From positions 62,001 through 126,000 of the forward strand of contig CBFFRQ010000039.1 in NCBI GenBank assembly GCA_965644315.1: a stretch of DNA of 64,000 bases, given 5' to 3'. The notes beneath the pieces are model-generated. The model made no database searches. It saw nothing but the letters and a program-made list of their open reading frames with translations, and was not told the origin of the DNA. A program made the position numbers and the translations under genes. Source of the stretch: Caecitellus pseudoparvulus. Lineage: Eukaryota > Protista > Bigyra: Bicosoecida. Below, one piece after another: positions 22,101-31,460 of this stretch. Position 1 is the first letter of the stretch. Each line of letters opens with the position of its first letter.

Positions 22101-23785
22101 CTGACAGGTGCAGGCGCGTGGCGAGGGCCTTGACGCCGCCGCCCAGGTCCAGGAAAACGCTGCCCTTCGCCGTGTGCTTCAGCACCTGCCCCGTGACGAG
22201 GGACCCCGGCGCCACGTCCTCCACGCGCAGGATGCTGGCCGAGACGACGCTGGGCTTGGAGGTGCCGAGGGCCACCCCGTCGGCTGGAGCCGACCCCGTA
22301 ATACGTGTGGGAAGCGGTGTCCCCACCAGACACTGCTTCTCCAGGTTACTGATGCGGCCGTCCCCGACACGGGAGATGTGCACGTACGCGACGGCGCCCC
22401 ACTGCGCCTTGGTCGCCAGAAGCTTGTGCAGGGCATCCGTCGTGTCCTGCTCCGCTTCGGGAATGGGGCCGGCGCCCCACCCCACCAGCACGCCCAACTT
22501 GCGGTCCACACGCAGGACAGTGGCGTCAGGCTGCACCTCGCCATAGGCGGGCAGGGACGCCGTCGTGGCAGCGGTGGTGAGCCCCAGCATGTGGGGCGCA
22601 GCAGACAGGGCCACGCGCTTGTCCACGGCATCCACGAACAGCACACGCGCCTTCAACTTGTCCCCTGGCTTGAAGGCCTTGTACCACAGGGTGTGTGCGG
22701 GCGTGGGCAGGTGCTGCAGGGACACTGTGCCGGTGAAGTACCCCAGGAACTTCACCACCAACCCCGTCGGCACTGTGTCCACAACCGTCACAGACACCAT
22801 GTTCCCTGCCTTCAGCGACCGCAGCGTGTACGCCTTGCCGCGCGTCACGGTGCGGTGCACCAGCTTCGACAGCGTCTTGCGCGTCTCTTCGTCCAGCTCC
22901 TCGCGGGGTGTGTCCGCAGCGCCTGCCGGTGCCTCCCATGTACAGGAGAGGGACACAGCACCCGCCACGGAGGGCGTGCCGCGTGCCTCAGCTCGCACGC
23001 CCGTGACACAGGCCAGAATGGGCCCGCCCACTGCCAGCTCCCCGCCCAGGCCATTGCCGCCGTCGTGTGCCGTGAAGGGCAGGAATGCCCGCGCATCCAC
23101 TGGCCCGCAGTTGACGGTGTACCCGTGGTCCTCCGCGCTGGCCACCATGCCCCACACGACGGCCGCCTTGCCCAGGTTGCGCCGGTCCAGGCCCGCATTC
23201 ACGCGCGAGGGGAGCAAGGACAGGTGCACCTTCTTGGCCCCCGTGTCCACTGCCGTCACCACTGCTGTCACTGGCATGCCCACGGTGTACGCATCTGCCA
23301 GACTGGCCACGCGCTCCAGGCAGTCAGGCAGCAGCGCCTCGGTGACGGGCACTTTGCCAGTGAGGTTGAAGGGGAGCGTGACAGTCAGGTCCCCGACGTT
23401 CACGGCGCGCACGACGCCCAGCACAGTCATGCCCACCTTCACGTGCTGCGCGGGAAGGGAGAAGGGCAGGGTGTGAACCACGGCAGCTCCACGCGAAACT
23501 GCCTGCCAGCCCACGCACCTTGAACGTCAGCACGTCCACAACGGTGGAGGAGCTCCCCGTAAAGGGGGACTTCAGGTCCACAGCAGCGGTGCCGGCACGA
23601 CCCTTGCCGGCTGAGCGGGCGCGCTTGCGGGACTTGCCGGCGGCGTCCAGCGGAAGTTGAGCGCGCACATGTGCTGCCTGAAACAAGTCCTCCTCAGTGC
23701 GCCGGGCTTTGGAGGGGCGCAGCAAGGACCCCCCGCCCTTCTCTGGTTCGAACCGTCCACGTGGAAAGAGTTCTTCGGCTGCCAT
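16171..23785 (-). CDS. RRP5: rRNA biogenesis protein RRP5/PDCD11 (multiple S1 domains + C-terminal HAT/TPR repeats)
   Basis: N-terminus MAAEELFPRG. Intron 23446-23518 joins ...VLTFK|HVKVGMTVLG... S1 repeats include GYVSGVTSVGAFI and GYVASTTPKGCFV. C-terminal PETADDFERL...WIRYMA...LWLAYLNLE...ERGRTLMEGLL...RLDLW matches the Rrp5 HAT region. Confidence 0.95.
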
Positions 23786-23847
23786 GACCAGAACTGAGGC
23801 CTTCGCAGGTCACGAGCGCAAGGCGGGCGTGGCGTGTTCTGCTCGGT

Positions 23848-23857
23848 CAATTTCCGC
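23848..23857. promoter_or_regulatory. CAATTTCCGC motif, ~62 nt upstream of the RRP5 ATG
   Basis: Exact 10-mer that recurs near several gene starts. Confidence 0.45.
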
Positions 23858-24127
23858 GCAGACTCGAGGAAGCAATTCCTGCCTTTGCCAGCACAACCTC
23901 TCACACGCAGCATGTGTCGAGCCGGCGCACAGTGCACCGAGGCTGCACGTTCGAGTGATCACTGTGTTTTTGCTCCAATTCCCTGTTGCCTTGAGCGAGG
24001 CATGAAAGGCCGTCTCCGAAACAATGGCTGCCCGTCCCCGGCCGGCGGAGGCAGGGCTGAATCCCTGGCTATGCACACCCCAATTCCTGGTGCTCATGGA
24101 CGCTGACAGTTTGGACACGCAGTGCAT

Positions 24128-24816
24128 TCAGCCAGTTGTAGAGGGGGGGGCGCTGGCGCTTCCAGCCGCAGCAGGCGCCGCGCTGGCACCCTTCTGGCCA
24201 GGTGTCAGGGTGTCAAAGGGAACTTCATCCCCCTCAGCCACCGCTGCCTCTGTCTCCAGCCCGTCCTCCTTCAGACGTGCCTCCCACACCTCTGGGTCAT
24301 CCCACACTGCCCGGGATGACCCCAACTTGCCCGTCAGCGCCCGCGCAGGGTTCACGGTCAGCACACGCCCGTACAGCTCAGAGCCTGCGCAGTGTGCGAT
24401 AGACGCCGTATACGGGTGCGGGGCGGGGCCTGCTAAGGCGGTGGCGGCGTCCCCTCACAGTGCATGTTGTCCATGGCAGCTTCGGCATCCTCCACCTCCT
24501 CGAAACGCACGAAGCCGAAGCCGCGGTGCCTCTCTGCGAAGCAGGCTTCGAGTGAACGCTGCATCGATGCACCCCCTCTGGCGAGCATGCAAGGGTGTGC
24601 TCTCACGTGTCGTGTGGTCCATGGGCATGGTCACTTCGGCCAGCTCGCCAAAGGGGATGAAGGCGGCCTGCAGCACAGCCTCTGTCACCTCATCTGCCAG
24701 GCCACCTGCGCATGGCACACGTCCACAACACGTAACATGTATGCTCGCAATCGTGCACACGCGAGGCCACTGCGCTGGAACGCACCGACGTAGAGGATGC
24801 GCTTGTTGACCGCCAT
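24128..24816 (-). CDS. RRM-only homologue of cyclophilin E (PPIE/Cyp33-like RNA-binding protein); 3 introns
   Basis: Hand-spliced product: MAVNKRILYVGGLADEVTEAVLQAAFIPFGELAEVTMPMDHTTQRHRGFGFVRFEEVEDAEAAMDNMHCSELYGRVLTVNPARALTGKLGSSRAVWDD... This is the signature PPIE RRM (LYVGGL, AAFIPFG, HRGFGFV, DNM, ELYGR). Stop reached without a PPIase domain. Confidence 0.88.
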
Positions 24817-24828
24817 GGGCTGCCCGAG

Positions 24829-24838
24829 CAATTTCCGC
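24829..24838. promoter_or_regulatory. CAATTTCCGC motif in the divergent promoter between the PPIE-like and WD-like genes
   Basis: Exact 10-mer, 12 nt upstream of the PPIE-like ATG. Confidence 0.45.
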
Positions 24839-25055
24839 TTGCTGCCAGAGCTGCCGCTCCAGGCCAGCAGCACACCACAAGACACAATCCAACTCCCCTC
24901 GCGTCATGTGGTGGATAGGGTGGTGTGGGAATTGCTGTCGGCTGTTGAATGCCCACCCTCCCCATCCACTGAGCTGCTTAGCACCTTGATCCTTGCTCAA
25001 GCACAGCTTGAGCAGCTTCCCAGCTCGACGAGGCCTTGCCTGGCGCTTCAGTGAC

Positions 25056-27314
25056 ATGGCGTGGCCTGTGGAGGAATCCAAGAGCTACTCCGGTCATGCG
25101 GACCACGAAGTCCCCACTCAGTCATGCCGCTACGGAGTCTGTGCGTGTCTACCTGGCTTGGTCCAGCGGCACAGTCGCTCGCACCCCTCGCCCTGTGCCC
25201 CGCCATAGGTACCATTCCAGGCCAACATGCGCTGGCGTGGATCGAAGGCACCATGGTTCTGTGTGCACAGGGGGCTGGCCGCCTCGCACAAGCCACTGCT
25301 GTGCGAGCAGGCATCGGGTGAGAACGTGAGGCAGGAGCACAATTTCCGCAACCGCCAAACCACGCCAACGCCCTCGCACAGGCCTCTCTGCGGCGTGCGC
25401 CACGTTGGCTCGAAAGGGGACACGTCTGAGGAAGACGCCCTTGTGGTAGTCTGGTCCAAGCATGGGTTCGCCCTCGTGAAGGCAGGGCCCGCCCCGGCTG
25501 TGGCGAGCCGTGTGGCTTTGAAGCACCTCTTGCAGCCTGCGTCGGACGCTTCGCAAGCGCCACACGCACATGAGGGCGCGCACAAGTCACACCAGGTGCT
25601 GGACGTACATGCGTTTCAGTGCAGCGACCCCTCACGCGTCTTTGCACTGGTCCTGTGCCGCAACGCCTTGCTGTGTGTGGAGGCCGCTCTCGCGCCGCAG
25701 CCCCCTGCGCCCTCCTCGTCACAGCTCCTGGCAAGGCTAGACATGCCGAGCTTCGCCAAGGCTGTCGTGTGTCGCCCATGCGCATCCGGTGGTGTGCAGG
25801 CAGTGGTGTGCACTGCCAGGCAGCTGTGCACCATGGCGCTGTCGGACGACGGGCAGTTCACGCCTGGCACCTGGCAAGCCGTGCCGTCTCTCCACGGCAC
25901 AAGAGACGATCCGCTGTCTGATCCCAGCCCGCCCCTGGCAGCGGCCACATTCCTGCCGGCGCAGGGCCTGCTGTGTACTCTGCATGAGGCCCCCTTGCAG
26001 TTTGGCAGCGGGGGGGGCACGTCGGACCCCACCTCTCACGGTGCGCCTCACCCACTGTCCCTCAGCGCAGGGCGCGGCCAAGTGAACCCCATCGCAGTGG
26101 AAATGGAAGCGTACCGCAGGCGGAAGGACGCCAGTGCACGGGGTGTGGCGGCCGCCCCCCCCACAGCCGTCGCAGGGCTGGCCACTGACTCTGGGCCCAC
26201 TCCGCCGGTAACGGCTGGGCCCGGCGCCCTCATTGAGCTCAAACTGCCCAAGGACACGCGCGGGCAGTCGGGTTTGCTGGCCGGGCTCATGGACATCTCA
26301 TCCCTCTCCAGTACGCAGCCCCTGCCCGCAAGGCAGCCCGCCTCCGTCTCACCGGCAGCCAGGCTGGCCCTGACCCACTGGCATGCCGACAACACACTCA
26401 CTGCCCATTCGGCACAGGACCTCCCGCCCACCTGCAACCTGCCACGGTACGCCACTCCCTGCACGTCGGGGGGAGTTCTGGTCAGCACTGGGACGGCCCT
26501 GTTCAGCGTCCCGCTGCTGGAGTCACACGCCGCACCGTGCGTCATCACGCGCTGCGGGCCAGGTGAGCGCATTCTGGGAGTCACGTGCCCAGACAGTGCC
26601 ATAGCAGCCACCTGCCTGGTCAGCTCCCCGCCTGGACACCTCCCTGCAGCTTTGGGAGGTGGTCCCCTGTCAGACTCAAGCGACCGGCCAATGACGGCAG
26701 GGGCGGTGGCAGCGTCTGACGCAGCATCCACCACTGCCGTCACGGACTCCGTGTTCAGTGCCCTGCACGAGCTCAAGTCGCGGCGCCTGCATGTGCTGAC
26801 ACTGTGTCCACCCAGCAGCCCACCGGCGCCGGCTGCAGCTGCCGAGTCCAGTGGTGCAGCAGCCACAGACGCACCACGCACTCCGGCTGCGGCAGCGGCC
26901 TTGTCTGACTCCGTCATGGCACGCCTTGCCGCAGCCGGTGTCTCCTTCGGCTCTGACCTGCATCCGCCGCGCAGCGAGGCGCCCCCCACGCAGAAGCCGC
27001 CTGTGACCCAGGCCCAGGTGCCTCGTGCGACAGCGCCTCTGCTCGGGGAATGCCCCTCCACACCATCAGCACCAGCACCAGCACCAGCGGCACCGCCTCC
27101 CGTCAAACCTGCGCCTGGTGCAGAGTATTACGTGGTGCAGGCGCAGGCTGCGTTGGCCCAAGCCACTGCAGCTTCGGCCCTCGCACAGGCCAAGCTGCTT
27201 CGAGCAGTGGAGGGCCCAACTCGTGCAGCGCAGCTCGCGAAACTGCAGCAACACGTGCAAACCGCCACGGAGCAAGCGTCTGCTGCTGCGGAGGCTGCCG
27301 TCGCACTCCCCTGA
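25056..27314 (+). CDS. Hypothetical protein, probable divergent beta-propeller with C-terminal coiled coil (weak WDCP-like resemblance); 2 predicted 5' introns
   Basis: ATG 25056 and GT-AG introns (about 25141-25208 and 25318-25381) splice in frame into the 695-aa ORF. Beta-strand-rich N-terminal half, Ala-rich helical C-terminus, host-like codon usage. Confidence 0.55.
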
Positions 27315-27637
27315 ATGTGCCGCAGGCCATCCAGGCTGCGGCACAGAGCCTGTCGTGCACGCCAAGGAAGCAAGGCGCTGGAAGGTACCGGCTCTCGTCG
27401 AGCCAAGCTTACTTCATCGCTCAGCCATGCACGGCAAGGTGCAGCATTGCAGAACCTGGGACCCACCCACCCTTCACATGTCCTCCAGTTCCAGGCTCGT
27501 TGCACATTCGATTGTGCGGGTAAATGCATCCCACTGCATCCTGCAGTTGAATCCGGTTCGCGGTCGTCCCTCTACTTCACCTTACATGTCTAGGGCGTGG
27601 CAGGACCTGCAAGCTGCGGAGGTGGCCTTGCTGAGAG

Positions 27638-27647
27638 CAATTTCCGC
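27638..27647. promoter_or_regulatory. CAATTTCCGC motif, ~30 nt upstream of the MFSD13A ATG
   Basis: Exact 10-mer that recurs near several gene starts. Confidence 0.45.
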
Positions 27648-27677
27648 TGCACCGCCGGCACGCTTCCCACGGGCTAC

Positions 27678-29420
27678 ATGGAGGCCCTCTCCCAACCAAC
27701 GATGCGTCGACATGTCATGAACATGAGCAACTCACCATGCACTCCCTGTGCTTCCATTAAGCGCCACGTCAGCCTGCCTGTGGCGTACGGAGCCATCATG
27801 CTGGCTTCCAGCGCCATGAACTCGGTCTTCGTCAGCTTCTACCTGAAGCTGTTCATGGACGTCGCCAGCGTGACACCGGCGTGGTTTTACGCCGGACAGG
27901 TCATGTTTGCCATGTGGAATGCCCTGAATGACCCGCTCTTTGGCTGGCTGTCTGACACGGCAGGCGGGCACGGCGCGGCTCGGCGCCTGCGTGCGTTGCA
28001 GTTTGGCGGCCCGCTGTGGGGCGCTGCCTTCATCCTGCTGTGGTTCCCCTGGAGTGTCGGCAGCACCTCCCCCCTGTTGTCGGGGCTGCACTTCGCCCTG
28101 TCCCTGTGCTTGTACGACGGAGCCCTCACATTCGTGGAGGTCAACCACGCTGCGTTGCTGTCGGACATGACCAGTGACCCTGCCGTGCGCGCCAGTGCCA
28201 ACGCGGCGTCAGCTGCCGGTGCTGCGCTGGGAGCCCTCGCTTCCTACGTGGCACACCTTGCTTGGGCGGACGGTGGCGCCCTCGTGCACTTCCAGAGCTA
28301 CGTGGTGCTACTGGGCGTCGTGGCCGGCAGCCTGGTGCTGGGCAGTGGCTGGGCCCTGGTCAGCCTCCTGCCCCCCACGCCCATCCAGCCGGCAGGAGGC
28401 CCCTCGGAGGGCAGTCCCACCCAGGCCCCTGCCCTGCAGCGCAAAGGCGTTGCTCGCGTGGAAACAGCTGGGGCCTCCGGCGCAGTGCTGTGGTGTACCA
28501 CTGCCACCCTTCGTCTGTGCAGTGCCTGCTTGCCTGGGCGACGTGGCAAGGGGCAGTCCACAGTGCAGCTGGGCAGGTACGCGCGGTTCCTGGCGCAGTT
28601 GGCGGGGCAGCCCGCCTTCCTCGTCTTCACGGCAGTGTCCACCATTCAAGTGTTCGACTGCACCTTCGAGAAAAACTTCTTCGGCACCTTCCTCACGGCG
28701 CTGGCAGGTGGACCAGGCGGCCTGAACCAGCATGCTGCCGCTGCTGTCCTGACCGGCAGCTTCATCTTGCCGCACCTGGCCACGGTGGCACTCACCCCCC
28801 TCGTGCAGGCTCGGGGTGTGGCGGCTGTCTTGGACTACATCTTCGCCGCTCGGCTGGTGGTGCTGGCTGCAGCTGCGTGTCTGGGGGGGGGTGCACACCC
28901 CCTCGTGGCAGGCGGCTTCCTCCTCACCAACCGCGTCATGTCCGAGTGCGTGTGTCGGTCCTTCCCACTCGTCACGGCCGACATCGTGGACGCAGACACA
29001 GCGGCACATGGCCGGGCGGACAGCATGGGCGCCAGCATCATCGGCACATCAGCACTCATCTCGAAGCTGTCCCAGTCTGCGGCGCCCATGGTGGGCTTTG
29101 CCCTCCTGTCCTCCCTGCGCGCACAACAGGGAGGGGGCGAGGGCGAGGGCGCCAACGCCGACATGTACGGCCAAAGCCCCGAATCCCGAACCTTCATGTG
29201 GCGCGTGCTGGTGCTGCTGCCTGCAGTCTGTGTGCTGGCGCAGACTGTGCTGTGGCGGGCATACCCTCTGCGAGGTGGAAAGACAGCACAGCACCATGAG
29301 CCGCCGCCGCGTCAACTGGACTCTGCCACGGCGCCCTCTCGCCCTCAGAGTGCTCAGAGCCGCCGAAATGCGAATCGCCCTGCCTCTGCTGCTTCAACGC
29401 CTGTGGCGGAGCAGGTATAG
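27678..29420 (+). CDS. MFSD13A: MFS-type transporter MFSD13A/TMEM180 family
   Basis: WNALNDPLFGWLSD, LCLYDGALTFVEVNHAALLSDM, IQVFDCTFEKNFF, NRVMSECVCR and ADIVDAD are characteristic TMEM180 motifs. About 11-12 TM segments. First in-frame ATG is 27678; exact start uncertain. Confidence 0.85.
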   Translation: MEALSQPTMRRHVMNMSNSPCTPCASIKRHVSLPVAYGAIMLASSAMNSVFVSFYLKLFMDVASVTPAWFYAGQVMFAMWNALNDPLFGWLSDTAGGHGAARRLRALQFGGPLWGAAFILLWFPWSVGSTSPLLSGLHFALSLCLYDGALTFVEVNHAALLSDMTSDPAVRASANAASAAGAALGALASYVAHLAWADGGALVHFQSYVVLLGVVAGSLVLGSGWALVSLLPPTPIQPAGGPSEGSPTQAPALQRKGVARVETAGASGAVLWCTTATLRLCSACLPGRRGKGQSTVQLGRYARFLAQLAGQPAFLVFTAVSTIQVFDCTFEKNFFGTFLTALAGGPGGLNQHAAAAVLTGSFILPHLATVALTPLVQARGVAAVLDYIFAARLVVLAAAACLGGGAHPLVAGGFLLTNRVMSECVCRSFPLVTADIVDADTAAHGRADSMGASIIGTSALISKLSQSAAPMVGFALLSSLRAQQGGGEGEGANADMYGQSPESRTFMWRVLVLLPAVCVLAQTVLWRAYPLRGGKTAQHHEPPPRQLDSATAPSRPQSAQSRRNANRPASAASTPVAEQV

Positions 29421-29951
29421 CCCAATGCACGAGCGAGCACGGCAAGTCTTGCTGCGTTTCACTCGTACGTGACTTGGAGCTCTGTCCTGTCACACACGAG
29501 AAAGGGCAGGGTGGAAGCAGACGTGAGAATAAGGTTTGACTGACATCTAGTGTGGGATCGTGTCTGACCTCTGACCAAGTCAGTTTTAAAGACACACCAA
29601 GAATCTTTCCTGTTACCCAAATAACAGGTTCGTTCTTCCGCATCCACTCTTTGTGAATGGCACCACACTTGCAGGAGTATTGCTGAATAATCATGCCCAA
29701 CTCACCCAAATTGATGCTTTTCAGGTATGAGCGCGTTGGTGCGCCTTCGGAGCGGGCGTGCGCTCAACTTTCGTGCGGGTGACGTGTCGGCGATGGAATA
29801 GCCGCGTGCTCAAACGACTCGCGGGCAGCTGGGCGCGGCGTTGCCGTGCCCAAACATTTTCAATGGATCGACTGCTCGCCGAGGCGTTTCAAGTCTACCC
29901 AGCATTCCCTTGTGTGGGTGATTTTCTTCGCAAGGGCGTGCTACAGAGACC

Positions 29952-31427
29952 ATGTCGGCGCTGTTGAGGTGGGGCCGACACCAGGCAACCATTGCCGGCA
30001 GGCTGTGCAGGCACTTGCACATGGTTTCCTCCCGGAATGTGGAGGTGATGCGGGGAGTAAACTTCCAGACATCACTCGGAGAAGTCATCCCGGACATTGA
30101 AACCACGTGGGAGACATGGGGGGACTGGAGCTTGCCTGGAGAGCGCACCGTGCGTGGCGTGCGGAATTCGCGCGGATCCGCATTGTGACGGCAGCCAGTG
30201 CTCCTGCGCCCTGGCAGGTTCTCCTCATGCCGTCATTTTCTCATGGACCGCATGCTGCTTCCAACCGATCAGATCCGTCACCAGGTACGCTCGTGCTACC
30301 CGATTGGTCGGACCTGCGAGTGCAGCGGACTCCCTTTCCTCGCTTCGATGCAGGCTGGTGGCAAGCCATGGTTGGACCTGGCAAGGCCATTGACACCAAG
30401 TGCGTGAGCTGCCCCGCACAGACTGCGCAGCTGAAAGCCACCACCAGCCCACCGCTCCACCTGGCTGCGCAGTCATTGGCGCGTCATCTGCCCCAGCGTG
30501 CTGGGGTCGCCCCTCGGCTCCACATCAGCTGCCAGTGGCAATCCTCTGACCGGGCAGCGGTACGGACTGAGCTTCCCCCAGGTGACCCCCGCTGACCAAG
30601 CAGTCGTGCATTACCAGCTCATGCAGCGCCTGGGCATCAGCCACGTGCACGCAGTGGTGGGGGCCAGCATGGGCGGCATGCAGGCACTGCAGTTCGCGCG
30701 TCTCTTCCCCGGCGCTGTGCGGCGCCTCGTGGCGGTGGCCACCACGGCACGGACGTCCCCCATGTCTGTGGCCATCCGCCACGCCCAGCGCAGCGCCATC
30801 ATGGCCGACCCCGCCTTCAAGGGCGGCCGGTACTGGGACCCCACCACTCCGGGTGGGGCAACCCCCGGCCCGTTGGCTGGGTTGGGCGTCGCGAGGCAGA
30901 TTGGTATGATGGCGTACCGTAGTCGGGAGGAGTTCGACGCACGCTTCAACTGGGACGTGACGGGGGCCCCCAACATGCCCCACAACGCCTTCGAGGTGGA
31001 GAGCTACCTGTCCTACCAGGGGCGCAAGTTCGCGCCCCAATTCGACGCCAACTGCTACTTGCAGCTCTCCAGGGCCATGGACCTGCAAAACATCGCAGCG
31101 GGCCACCCAGCCGTGCCAGGCAGCGACCCAGGTCCAGAGGGGTTCGCTGGGGCAGCGCTGCGCATGCAGTGCGCGGGCTTGCTGGTGGGCGTGCGGCAGG
31201 ATGCGCTCATCCCCGAGGGCGAGCTTGCGCTGCTGGCTGACGTCTTCGCCCAGGCAGGGCGGGGAGACGCCATGCGTTTCGTGTCCCTGGACAGCCGTTA
31301 CGGCCATGACTCCTTCCTGCACGAGTACGACGCACTGGGGGCCCTGGTGCAAGAGCACCTCACCGCCGGCCTGGACAGGCAGCTGCTGGAGGAAGCCCGA
31401 CACACCACTGGTCTCTCCGCACCCTGA
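29952..31427 (+). CDS. MetX-family homoserine/serine O-acyltransferase (alpha/beta hydrolase) with presequence-like N-terminus; 3 introns
   Basis: Spliced ...WETWG...VLLMPSFSHGPHA...[28 protein letters not shown]... Nucleophile GASMGGMQ, YRS, ESYLSYQG.KF...FDANCY, Asp in QDALIP, His in YGHDSFL. Confidence 0.9.
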
Positions 31428-31460
31428 TCTCCGCCCGCCTCAGACACCGCTCCAGGCAAC

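Noticed and set aside
29609-29628. Perfect 7-bp hairpin CCTGTTA-CCCAAA-TAACAGG in an AT-richer intergenic stretch
   Set aside because: A single short hairpin with no C/D or H/ACA boxes or other support; bacterial terminator logic does not apply to this eukaryotic DNA.
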